64,000 nucleotides of DNA from Octopus sinensis (lineage: Eukaryota), in assembly GCF_006345805.1 (NCBI RefSeq), contig NC_043016.1:32798001-32862000 (forward strand). Direction: 5' to 3'. Positions 12,510 to 24,500 of the stretch are shown here, piece by piece. The notes beneath the pieces were generated by a model. It was not told the origin of the DNA. It searched no databases and saw only the letters and a program-made list of their open reading frames with translations. Every line of letters starts with the position of its first letter. Position 1 is the first letter of the stretch. The position numbers and the translations under genes were made by a program.

Positions 12510-13220
12510 ATGGCCGATTTGCTAAATGAAACGATTGACCCCCCAGTCATCAGGGTCACACAGCAGGAAGCACCACCCCTTCCTTTCACTGCCCCAGCAG
12601 CTCAATCATCATCATTGTCAACACCATCTCCTCTGCTTACTACTACTAGTACTACTCCCACTATATATCGACAAACATCTTTGTCTTGGAATCGACCTCC
12701 TCAATCATTACCACTGTCAACATCTCTTCTACCTACTACTACTACTACTACAGCTACTACTACTAATGCTATCTCAAGGAATTTACCTCCTACAGGTCAC
12801 AAAGGTCGCCAAAACTTCAACAAACTATCATCTACACCTTTCACAGCTCACACACACACACGCACCTACACACCCACTCGAAACCCCATCATTTGCCGAT
12901 ATTCTCTTCGCCATAGACTGTGCACTGATAGAGACTGCAAATTCACCCATTTACCTGGAACAAAACGCTCTATCCCCACAAACTACAACAGCAACCACCA
13001 TAATACAACATCACCACAACCACCAATATCTCAAACAAGGAATCCCCAAATCTGCCGCTATTCCCAGCGCGAGACAGATTGTGCTTGCACAGGGATTGCC
13101 CCTTTACCCATCTCCCGGGACTCGTCGGACATTAAAGATAACCACTCACATAAAAATAGCCGCGGCCACAGTCACCTGCGGTTCCTAGACAGGAAACCAC
13201 CTCTTCTTCCTCTTTTTTAG
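12510..13220 (+). CDS. LINE ORF1-like protein with CCCH zinc finger
   Basis: CRYSLRHRLCTDRDCKFTH (CX7CX4CX3H) and a second degenerate CRY motif; lies directly upstream of APE. Confidence 0.6.
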   Translation: MADLLNETIDPPVIRVTQQEAPPLPFTAPAAQSSSLSTPSPLLTTTSTTPTIYRQTSLSWNRPPQSLPLSTSLLPTTTTTTATTTNAISRNLPPTGHKGRQNFNKLSSTPFTAHTHTRTYTPTRNPIICRYSLRHRLCTDRDCKFTHLPGTKRSIPTNYNSNHHNTTSPQPPISQTRNPQICRYSQRETDCACTGIAPLPISRDSSDIKDNHSHKNSRGHSHLRFLDRKPPLLPLF

Positions 13221-13302
13221 CTATAATGAATCTAGCAAAAGAACTGGAAAAAAACATCCGAGCTATCACCCACCGCCATCCACCACTATTACCCCACTAC
13301 AC

Positions 13303-16291
13303 ATGCCATTAAAAAGCAATCAAATAAACAAATCACCAAAACAATTAAAACCATCCACTCTCGCCTCAACATTTCTGCTTAATGCCCAAGGCATCAGCCC
13401 TTCCACCAATACACAAAAATGGAAGATAAGATTCCTGGAGGACTGTGTCGAGGCCCATCCAAACCACATCCCTTTCTTCGTCCTCACTGAAACCCATCTT
13501 AGTGACCTCCACTTGAAGCCGAGGTGAAAGTTAAAAAATTTCAAAACCATTCGTGCTGATCGTGTTGGCAGAAGAAAGGGTGGGACTGCCATTTATGTCC
13601 ATGATTCATTCTCAACAGAAGCCATGAACATATTTTCGAATGGATACTGCGAAGCAGTCGCTGTATTCAGTCAAACCAACAACTTAACAGTAGTTGGGCT
13701 CTACAGACCACCCCAAACGCCCCTACCATGCTTCAAGGAATGCCTCAACAGCATAAAGTGTTTCATTCAGCAGTGTCAACCTGACAACATTTTAATGATG
13801 GGAGATTTCAACCTTCCCGGGGTTGACTGGTCTACAAACAGTCTGCCGCCAGGTTTTTCTCTCAACCCCTGACAGGGAGGCAGTGGAATCGCTTCTTGAC
13901 TTCATGGATGACTTCTTCTTGTCCCAACTGTACTCGAACCAACGAGATGTCACAAAAAACGTCTTAGACTTAATTTTCAGCAATCACACTGATACTATCC
14001 ACAATATTGCAGTGGAGAAAACCCTACTCTCCGACCATGACATGGTTCTCTGTGATCTGAGATTTCACTGGCCAAAATGCAAAACAAATGTCATCCCTCC
14101 TGCTCATCCATTTGACACTATGGATTTCCACAATGCAAACTGGGAAGCGATCAATAATGATCTTGCACAAGTCGATTGGTCCTTCACGCACACATACACA
14201 CCCACTAACATCAAAAAGTCCTGGCAGTCACTTGTAGACACCATCACGAACATATGTGCAAGACACACCCCATTAAGATCTGCAAACAAATCTAAGTGTC
14301 GAATCCCTAGAAATAGAAAATCTCTCATAAGGAAAATTAAAAGAATCAACAAAAAGATCAACATGCTGAAATACTGTCAACAGCAACACACCAACCTGAC
14401 TGCCATCTCGTCGCTAGAGATTAAAAAAAACATAAACTCCAAAACAACATGATGTCTATCATCAATAGTCAGCGAAGAGCTGAAGAGCCTGGGCCATTGA
14501 GAAGATCAAACTCAATCCCAAAGTGTTCTTTTCATTTGCAAAAAAACACAGAGTCACTGGTTCTACTGTGGACCTCTTGATTGATGAAAATGGTACTCTT
14601 CAAGACAATGCCAAAACCATGGGAGAATATTGCAGAAACAATATTGCTCTGTTTTCAGCAATCCTGATATGATGATCTGGGCTGTATCAGTGATGTTACT
14701 CCCCAATACACTTTATCGGACATAACATTTGGCGCTCCTGATGTCTTAGCAGCAATAAAGGAAATGAAGCATAATTCAGCAGTAGGTCCCGATAGGTTCC
14801 CTGTGTGTGTTTGAAGATGTGTCAAAACCAACTTGCACCCCCTCTAGCCAATCTGTGGCGGAACTCATTGGATGCTGGATATATACCAGAAGACCTTCTA
14901 TCCCAGTCTGTTGTCCCAGTTTCAAAAAAGGAAACAAATCGCTTGCCGTGAATTACCGTCCAATCTCACTCACCTCTCATATCATCAAGGTATTTGAGAG
15001 GGTGCTGAGATCGCGTATGACTCACTTCCTTGAGAGTCATAATATGCTGAACCCCAACCAGCATGGATTCCGTAATGGGAGAGATTGCCTGACGCAGCTA
15101 CTGCATCATTTTGATGACATTTTGAGAGCCTTGGGAGAGGGTTCCAACATTGATGTCATCTACCTTGATTCAGCAAGGCCTTTGACAGGTTGATCATAAG
15201 ATCCTTCTGAGAAAGCTGTCCAATATTGGTGTCACTGGAAAGCTGCTGCAATGGATCAAGTGCTTCCTCTCTAACAGAACCCAACATGTGTAGTCGAAGG
15301 AGTCAAATCCAGCCCAGCCAAAGTCAGCAGTGGTGTCCCACAAGGCACTGTGTTGGGCCCACTTCTCTTCATCATCTACATAAATGATATTACTGACACC
15401 ATCAAACACAGCAACATCAGAACCTTCGCTGATGATTCCAAGCTCCAGAAGGTCATCAATGGCGTGGATGATCGAATAAACCTTCAGTCAGACCTACTGG
15501 CTGTTGTCCAATGGGCGGAAAAGAATAACATGTGCTAAATGAAGACAAATTCGAACTGATCCACTTTGGAAGGGAGGACGCTCTGAAACTCCCATACTCT
15601 CTTCCTTCTGGAGAAATTCTCATGGCATCCAACAACATCAGAGACCTGGGAGTAACAGTGGACAACAACATAAGCTGGGCTACACATATAAGCAGCAAAG
15701 TTGACATGGCCCGCAGAATGTGTTCCTGGATTCTCAGAACCTTCCAGTCGAGAGATTCCCACGCTATTATCCTTCTCTTCTCCACTTTTGCCCGACCCCA
15801 CCTTGAATACTGCTGTCCACTGTGGTCTCCCTACACAAAACAAAATATTATGAGAATTGAAGCTCCCCAAAGTCAATCACAAAAAGATAGATGGCATGTC
15901 AGACCTTGACTACTGGGGTAGACTAGAGAAGCTGAAATTGTATTCACTCCAACGACGCCGTGAACGCTACATTATCTGTATGATGTGGAAAATATTCCAT
16001 CAGCACTGTCCGAATGATGTTGGCATCACCTTCAAAATGCATCCAAGGCTTGGACCACGTGCCATCCGTCCACAACAAAAATCTAAATCGCATCACATAA
16101 CGACAATACGGCACAACTATTTCACCTCAATTGGACCCGCTCTTCAACATTACACCAGGACACTGACCACACAAAATTCAAGAAGTCTTTGGAAAATTCC
16201 TTCAAACAGTACCGGACAAACCACCCACACCCGGATATGTCTCCGCAAACAAAACTCTCTGCTCGAATGGGCCTTGGTGCCCAAATCCTGA
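13303..16291 (+). pseudogene. LINE ORF2 (APE + RT), multiple frameshifts
   Basis: ORFs 13303, 13624, 13823, 14807, 15350, 15532 and 15857 carry consecutive motifs. Confidence 0.85.
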
Positions 16292-16470
16292 ACTGAAAGA
16301 CTTCGCCAGTGGTGCTATTAAGTTAACATGGCCTGGGCCAATACTGGCCAAAAACCTTTCTAAGTTATTCTAAGTTATATACATATATATATATATTATA
16401 TATATATATATATATATTATAATATCTATATATATATTATATATTGTATATATATATATATGTATATATA

Positions 16471-16506
<36 letters not shown>

Positions 16507-16632
16507 ATATATATATATGATCTGGTTCTTGACTGATGATGAGGGCTTCGAATGTCCCGTCCTGTGGTTCTTGTGTCGTCTCTGTGGTGTTTCATGTTCT
16601 TGTCCATGTCTGTATTTAATTTTACTGTTTAC

Positions 16633-16732
<100 letters not shown>

Positions 16733-16789
16733 GTGTGTGTGTGTGTGTGTGGTGGTGTGTGGTGTGTTGTGTGTAGTGTGGGGTGTTGC

Positions 16790-19520
16790 TACATATCGCC
16801 CTCCAGATGCCCCAAGTCATATGGGCAAGTTGAGGACTGCCTTTTAAAAATAGAAGAAGTTCTAACCACATTAGAACAACACATAAGTGTACTTCTCATG
16901 GGAGACTTCAATCTACCGAATGTCAGATGGCCCGAGGGCCTTTCTCTCCCAGGAATGACAAGATGTGAACGAGGACAGGCGAGGTCCCTCCTGAACCTCA
17001 CCAACACCTGTACATGGAGCAAGTAATACTCCAACCAACCAGAGCAGGTAACACCTGGATCTCTGCTTCACAATAATATGGATCTCATCCATAATGTGAA
17101 AGTGACACCGACACTACTCTCGGATCACAACATGGTAGAGCTGACCATGTACGGGCCAAAAGAGAGCACGGACATGCAGCCTACAAGAAACCTCAGAATC
17201 TTTCCAGCTTGAACTTCAATAAGGCAAACTGGAAACAAATTGAGAAAGAGATCCTCAAACAAAACTGGCCTGAGTTCTCTCCTCGCCGGACATCGACATG
17301 ATACTTCAACAATTCATGTCTGTAATGCAAGCCATCTGCTACAAATGTGTCCCAGAGAGAAAGGCCACTGTACACAAGAACAAAATCCCCAGAGAGGAAA
17401 ATTTTAATGAGACGGCGTACAAAAGTTTCAATCGCCTAAACAAACAAATTGAAAGCAGTGAAAAGTCCCGCCTGAAAATAAAACTGTTGGAAATTGAAAA
17501 TTGTCTGCAACTCTCCCATGAGAAGGAAAGAGCAGACAAAGAAGCCTGGGCTATAGACAACATAAAAACTAACCCCAGAGCTTTCTACAGGTATGCCAAA
17601 GAAACAGCTACGGTGCACTGTAGGATAGGGCCACTCCTTGAAAAGGATGGCACACTCACAGGAAAACCAATGAGGGTAAGTGAAATACTGAATGAACAAT
17701 TCAAGAGTGTTTTCACTCCACCCCTTGGGCATTTCCAAATCAGCAATCCAACTGACTTCTTTACCACTGCAGATATAGAATCAGAGGCGGCGACGATAAA
17801 TTACATCGATATAAAGGAAGACGATGTAATAAAGGCTATAGATGAAATGAAAATAGACCCAGCTATTGGCCCCGATGGATTCCCGGCAATCCTCCTAAAA
17901 GTATGTAAGAGAGTCTTAGCAAGACCACTGCAGTTCCTCTTTCAGAGCTTCCTTGCAGCTGGCAAACTTCCAAGAAAACTGAAGGAAGGTAAAATATGCC
18001 CTATTCATAAAGGAGGTAGAAGAGCGGAGGCCAAGAACTACAGACCTATCTCTCTGACCTCACACATCAGCAAGGTCATGGAACGAATAGTCAGAAGAAA
18101 ACTAATCACCTTCCTTGAAGAAAATGACTTGCTGCCTGACACCCAACATGGTTTCCGACCAGGAAGAAGCTGCTTAACTCAGCTCCTGCAGCACTATGAC
18201 TGGGTGCTGAAACAACTGCTCAACCACTCAAATGTGGAAGTCATATATCTCGACTTCGCAAAGGCCTTCGATAAAGTCGATCATGGAATGATATGTCACA
18301 AACTGCGTGATCTTGGCATAGTTGGAAAACTAGGAGAATGGCTTCACGACTTTCTGAAGAATAGAAGTCAGGTGGTAGTAGCCAATGGGGCCACTTCCAT
18401 TAGCACACAAATAGTGAGCGGTGTTCCACAGGGCACTGTTTTGGGACCACTACTGTTCATAATGGCCCTCTCAGACATGCCCTCAGCCACGCGGAGAGCC
18501 ACGATCACAAGTTATGCAGATGATACAAAAGTTTCACAGGCAATACAGAACCCTGACGACACTAGGCACCTGCAATATGAGCTGGACGAAATATACAAGT
18601 GGGCTGAAAAGAATAGCATGCAGTTCAATGCTGAAAAGTTTCAAGCTTTATACTATCAGCATGCAAAACTGAATGCAATACCCAAGGAATACACTGGACC
18701 CGGAGGGATTGCAATCCCAGAGGCACAATCAGTGCGTGACCTGGGTATTCACATGAGTGATGACGCGACCTTTCATGTACATGTTGCTAAACTGACAATG
18801 AAATGCAGACGGCTGGCTGGATGGATTCTTAGAACCTTTAGAACAAGAGAACAAGAAACCATGATGGTCCTCTGGAAGACACTTGTCCTAAGCCACTTTG
18901 ACTATTGCTCTCAGCTATGGTCACCATCCAGTGTCAAGTTGATCACAGAACTTGAGGCGATCCAACGAAGCTACACGAAGAAGATAGCCTCTATGCAGAA
19001 TGTAAGCTACTGGGAAAGACTCAAGATATTAAAATTATATTCCCTGGAGCGTAGGCGGGAAAGATATGCCATAATATACATCTGGAAGATCCTGGAGGGA
19101 AGTGTCCTGAACTTTGGCATCGAGAGTTACGCAAATGCCAGAACTGGGCCCCACTGCGTGGTGCCTAGGACTCCAAACTTGCCATCAAGATGTAGGACAA
19201 GATTCTGTGATAGCCTGGGCTTCCGAGGCCCACAGCTCTTCAATATCCTCCCGAAGAACCTGAGAGACCTGCATGGGGTGGATACAGATGTCTTTAAAAT
19301 GGAGCTGGATCTCTTCCTGTCAGGTGTCCCAGATGAACCAACTTCACGGCAGGAGGGGCAGATGAGGGCAGCTGCATCGAACTCTCTCATGCACCAAATA
19401 GCAGTTGCTAGAAAGCCTCCATGAAGTGAAACCAAGTAGCAACACCAAATGGCGGTGCCCCAGCATGGCCACAGCTCATAAGCTGAAACTAGAATCAATC
19501 AATCAATCAATCAATCAATC
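16790..19520 (+). mobile_element. CR1/Proto2-like LINE, 5'-truncated, (AATC)n tail
   Basis: APE remnant (LLMGDFNLPNV) at 16790-17290, open RT ORF, 3' stem-loop CAGCT-CATA-AGCTG and AATC repeats 19494-19520. Confidence 0.9.
17298..19424 (+). CDS. LINE ORF2 RT and C-terminal domain (708 aa open)
   Basis: [59 protein letters not shown]. Confidence 0.9.
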   Translation: MILQQFMSVMQAICYKCVPERKATVHKNKIPREENFNETAYKSFNRLNKQIESSEKSRLKIKLLEIENCLQLSHEKERADKEAWAIDNIKTNPRAFYRYAKETATVHCRIGPLLEKDGTLTGKPMRVSEILNEQFKSVFTPPLGHFQISNPTDFFTTADIESEAATINYIDIKEDDVIKAIDEMKIDPAIGPDGFPAILLKVCKRVLARPLQFLFQSFLAAGKLPRKLKEGKICPIHKGGRRAEAKNYRPISLTSHISKVMERIVRRKLITFLEENDLLPDTQHGFRPGRSCLTQLLQHYDWVLKQLLNHSNVEVIYLDFAKAFDKVDHGMICHKLRDLGIVGKLGEWLHDFLKNRSQVVVANGATSISTQIVSGVPQGTVLGPLLFIMALSDMPSATRRATITSYADDTKVSQAIQNPDDTRHLQYELDEIYKWAEKNSMQFNAEKFQALYYQHAKLNAIPKEYTGPGGIAIPEAQSVRDLGIHMSDDATFHVHVAKLTMKCRRLAGWILRTFRTREQETMMVLWKTLVLSHFDYCSQLWSPSSVKLITELEAIQRSYTKKIASMQNVSYWERLKILKLYSLERRRERYAIIYIWKILEGSVLNFGIESYANARTGPHCVVPRTPNLPSRCRTRFCDSLGFRGPQLFNILPKNLRDLHGVDTDVFKMELDLFLSGVPDEPTSRQEGQMRAAASNSLMHQIAVARKPP

Positions 19521-19542
19521 ATATATATATGTGTGTATATAT

Positions 19543-20807
19543 TCTCTCTATATAAAACTGAAATGCGTTTTTACCGCTTGGATCGCTTTCAATGCCACTA
19601 CGACCCGTCCGATTCGCTCCAAAATTTACAGGGACATGTAGAATGAGATGACGATGCCAGTGGGCAACCTTAGAAATCCCTATCTTAAAAGGTGTGGTTT
19701 CTAGGGGCCATCTTCCTCACTCACGCTATTTCCTATATTACCCTCTCACTCCCCTTCATTTAGTCCACTCCTGTTATTTAATGTAAGAACATTTTCACTC
19801 ACTCTATCTCTTAGCTTCCCATAATTTTTACTCATGTATCTCTATACAGAGAAACAAATATTCCATCGCCATCGCCACCGCATTCTATTGTCTACCTGTC
19901 AACGCTCCATCGACCATATACAAACAGAACACACCAACGAGCGTTTATATACATGTGTGTGTGTGTGTTCTATATATAAATATGTATATATAATGTATAT
20001 ATACAAAGTGTATATATCTGTATTTATGTATATTAAACTTTTTAATACTTTTTGATAGTTACGTAAAGGGAACTGGTTGCTTCTTTACACTTTTTGGGTG
20101 CAACTTGGGTGCGAGACAGATAATTTTCTCTGTTAATTACGTGACCAACAGGGGTCTAACAGGGGGAAATTATGCCTAAACATGAGCGCAGCGCATGTGA
20201 ACAACCAAAGTGCTTTGAGTCGGGAGAAGAATTGAGCTGACGCAGACGTGTTGCAAAACAAGGGAGTACACGTGCAGAACAGAGGTGCATGAGTGCAATA
20301 GGGCTTGCTAGGCTGAAATACAGTGTACAGTATTGAATATCCCAGTGATTAATGCGGTAAGGCTGAGGCTGCCAGCCAATGCTTGAGCTATTATATGCCT
20401 CGGTCGTGCAGGAACAAAAGTGTGGCATGCTGGCGCGTTGTAAGGGACAAACAACTTTCTCTATGTATGCGTGACCGACCTAGGGTCTTACAGAGATAAG
20501 TTGTGTTTACAAGGGCACACTGAGCATGGAAAACAAGCGAGAAAGGAATGTGTAGCGTATGAATGTGACAGAGATAGTGTTTTGCTGTCTGCCTTGAAGC
20601 AGACCTTTCCGTTGCCACTGCCTGATATTTATGATTGATCTTTCTAAATATTTTATTTCTCAACTTACTCAAGATCTTTTGTTGTTTATAAATGGGAGAG
20701 AGATAGATAAAGATAGAGAGTAAGAGAAAGCGAGGGAGAGTCCGAGAGAAAGGAAGAGTAAGAGAGTGGGAAAGTGAGAGAGAAAGGAGAGAGAAACAAA
20801 GAGGGAG

Positions 20808-20844
<37 letters not shown>

Positions 20845-21091
20845 GTTTAACGTCCGTTTTCTGTGCCAGCACGGGTTGGACAGTTTGACAGGGGTCTAGG
20901 AACTCAGGAGGCGGCACCAGGCTCCAGTCTGATCTGGCAGTGTTTCTACGGGTAGATGCCCTTCCTAAAGCCAGTCAAGGCGGCGCTGCATTCCGCCACG
21001 TTCGGATGGTGCTTTTTACGTGCTGAAAGGAAGCAACAGAAAGTAACAACCACACTCTTACCCGCGTGTAGAGCGGGTCACCTTCAGCTAG
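19543..21091 (+). mobile_element. Non-autonomous Helitron family 1, copy 1
   Basis: 5' TC(TC)TATATAAAACTG; 3' hairpin ACCCGC-GTGTAGA-GCGGGT followed by CTAG (21088-21091). Confidence 0.75.
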
Positions 21092-22001
21092 TCTCTATAT
21101 ATAAAACTGAAATGCGTTTTTACCGCTCGGATCGCTTTCAATGCCACTACATCCCGTCCGATTCGCTCCAAAATTTACATGGACATGTAGAATGAGGTGA
21201 CGATGCTCGTGGGCTACCTTAGAAATCCCTATCTTAAAAGGTGTGGTTGCTAGGGACCATCTTCCTCACTCACGCTATTTCCTCCTTCCCTCTCTTACTC
21301 CCCTTCATTTATAACTTTCAGAATTCCACGACCTTATTTAAAGTATCTGTCACTCTCGCTATTTCCTCTCTTTTTCACTCACTCTGTTTCTTAGCTTCCC
21401 ATAACTTTTACTCATGTATCTTGTCTGCATATATAGAGAGAAACAAATATTCCATCGCCATCGCGCCGCATTCTATTTCTACCTGTCAACGCGCTCACTC
21501 TCGCTATTTCCTCTCTGTTTCACTCACTCTGTTTCCATCACGTCGGCGTTCTTTGATGTATCTGTCTGTCACCAACAACACACGAGCATGAGAACAAACA
21601 TTATGAATCAGATATTCTTGCGTTCATTTATATGTGTGTGTGTGTTCTATATATAAATATGTATATATAATGTATGTGTGTGTGTGTGTGTGTGTTCTAT
21701 ATAAATATGTATATATAATGTATATATACAAAGTGTATATATCTGTATTTATGTATATTAAACATTTTCATACTTTTTCATAGTTATATATATTTTTAAA
21801 CAAATTATAAATATAATTTAATAATTTTTATTTTCAATTTAAATAATTTCAATTTTTCAATTTTATATATTTTATATATTATTTTTTTTTATGTTTTTGT
21901 TTTTGGTTTTTCACTGTTTAATTTGCCTATTAGTAGTTTTATCTCTAATTTAATTTATACAGATATATATCTCATCTGTATACATTTGTATATATATTGC
22001 G

Positions 22002-22037
<36 letters not shown>

Positions 22038-23236
22038 CACACATATATATATATAATGTGTGCATTACGTAGTCGGTCGATTCAGCTGAAAATATGCACA
22101 GCTATGTTAAAAGTGCTGGCAAGTTTGCATGACAACTATTTTTTTCCTCAAATGAAAGGCGTCACCTCTAGGACAAAATTCCTTATCTTATAAAATGTGA
22201 CCCCAGTTGACCCGAATGAAATCGGGTTATATTAACCAAAATGTGAAAAGGGGTCTAAATGGGGCTGGAAGGGGATTAAAATTTAAAGGAGCGAGTGTTT
22301 AGGAATTCTCTGTTACATCAAGCTAAAAAATTTGCGCCACCTTTTTAATCGTCAATGTGTTGCCGTCCATGATAAAGAAGTTTTGAATGCTTGCCATGGT
22401 GAGTCTACTGTCGTGAGAAAGAATCACTTCAAAACTTGGTGTTTACGAATTTTCTTTTACATCAAGTTCAAAATTTTACGCCAGCCGTTAAACTCTCAAT
22501 ACGTTGCTGTCCGTCGTTAAGAAATGCCAGCCATGGTGACTCTACTATCCTCAGATTCTATCCCTTCAAACTTTGGTTTCCAATATTTTATTATTTTTAT
22601 TCAGCTCGCAAGTTCGTCTGTCCCTTTTAAATGTTAGCGTTTTGCTGTCTGCCTTGAAGCAGACCTTTCCCTTGCCACTGCCTGATATTTATTATTGATC
22701 TTTCTAATATTTTTTTATTTCTCAACTTACTCAAGATCTTCTGTTTTTTAAATGGGAGAGAGATAGATAAAGATAGAGAGTAAGAGAAAGCGAGGGAGAG
22801 TCCGAGAGAAAAGAAAAGTAAGAGAGTGGAGAAGTGAGAGAAACAAAGAGGGAGAATCATCATCATCATCATCATCGTTTAACGTCCGTTTTCCGTGCTA
22901 GCATGGGTTGGACAGTGTGACCGGGGTCTGGGAAGCCAGGAGGCTGCACCAGGCTCCAGTCTGATCTGGCAGTGTTTCTACAGGTGGATGACCTTCCTAA
23001 CGCCAACCACTCTGTGAGTGTAGTGGTGCTTTTTTCGTGCCGCCGGCACACGTTGCAGGGGGTCTCGCAGCGGCAACGATCATTTGTGCTTTTTACGTGC
23101 CACCGACCGCACAGAAGCCAGTCAAGGCGGCGCTGCAATCGGCCACGTTCGATGGTGCTTTTTACGTGCTGAAAGGAAGTAACAGAAACTAACAACTACA
23201 CTCTTACCCGCGCGTAGAGCGGGTCACCTTCAGCTA

Positions 23237-23237
<1 letters not shown>
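21092..23237 (+). mobile_element. Non-autonomous Helitron family 1, copy 2 (head-to-tail with copy 1)
   Basis: Starts TCTCTATATATAAAACTG immediately after CTAG; ends with hairpin + CTAG (23234-23237). Confidence 0.75.
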
Positions 23238-23282
<45 letters not shown>

Positions 23283-23343
23283 AACTTAGATATGTTTCGA
23301 CCAAAGATTGGTCCAGGCCATGTCTAACTTAATAGCACCACCT

Positions 23344-23930
23344 TGTAGTGGATGCGTGGATGTATTAATAAATACATAAGTGCTTTGTAATAAATTAAAG
23401 ATTTATTATCACTACATCAATTTGTAAGCAATGTTACACATCGCTTGTACAAAATGCATATTAAATAGTGGTTGCAAATAATACATATTAAAGGAATGCA
23501 TAATACAGGATACACATTAAAGCAGAATATGTTTGATGGTGTGTGTGTGTGTGTGTGTGTGTAAATCATGCATGACAGAGTCACCTTTCTGATTATTCTT
23601 TCGTCGTCCTCATAAATGCGTGGCGTTCTCTTAAACGTTGGTTCGGGTTCTCTCTAGATACCTATTTCTCCGTTCTATTTATAACATCTCAAATAGCCAG
23701 AAAAATAGATATACCGCAAGAGTGTTATTGCGTACAGTAGGTCGCTGGTCGTCCTGTTAAACTTCGCCTGACCTGCTCGGGTCAGAGGTCGAAGGGAGAC
23801 GATCCATCATTTTTTGTCAGAACAAAGAGATTCTGATTTCGCGCCTTTTTGTGCATTGGTATTTTACGACCAATGATTCTTGGGTCTGATTTCGAATCCA
23901 AGCTTTGAGAAGGAAGTGCTAATTCTTACA
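23344..23930 (-). repeat. 3' LTR (587 nt)
   Basis: TGTAGTGGATGCG...TAATTCTTACA; about 4 substitutions plus short indels versus 28636-29223. Confidence 0.95.
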
Positions 23931-23943
23931 CTACCCCCCTTCT
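23931..23943 (-). promoter_or_regulatory. Polypurine tract
   Basis: Minus-strand AGAAGGGGGGTAG immediately before the 3' LTR. Confidence 0.85.
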
Positions 23944-24500
23944 AGTGAGAAAGCCACAGAGATCGAACGATATTGGAAATGTATTATTATTATTATTTTT
24001 ATTTATTTTTTTTTTTTTGATTGTGTGCATGTAGAAAAAAAAATTTTTTTACACATTGAACGATAAAAATATGCATGAAAGGTTTACAATTTGTATGTGC
24101 TATATGGTGGGCAATATGTATATGTGCCCAGGCAGAATTATGTTGGCGCGTTGAAAGAGATGTGCGTCTATTGATTACTCGACCTACTAGAGGTCTAATA
24201 GAGACAAGGTATCTTTCAGTGGCGAAAAAAAAAATCGAGTGATAGCACGCATGAGAACAAGATTTGTAAATGTGTGTGGATATACAGTTAGCAAAAAAAT
24301 ATATTTATGAGAAAGCAAACATTTTGAAGAGAAAACAAAAAATATGTACATGCAAAAATGAAAGAAATGTTCATCGGCAAAGTTCGATTTTGAAATGTTC
24401 CGTAAAAGTTCATACAGACAGTTTTTGTTTTCATTTTTTTTTCTTTACGTACACAAATGTTCTTTGATTTCTCTGGGTGGGTGATGCAGTTATGTGTTCA

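Larger units (their letters stand above)
12510..16375 (+). mobile_element. CR1/Proto2-like LINE, near full length, frameshifted
   Basis: ORF1 with CCCH finger, then APE (VLTETHL, MMGDFNLP, SDHD) and RT ([26 protein letters not shown]) fragments, RRRERY C-terminus and a 3' stem-loop. Confidence 0.85.

Noticed and set aside
20060-20560. Helitron cargo as a captured host exon (also 22100-22630)
   Set aside because: No recognisable protein motif in any frame; would need a BLAST search to call
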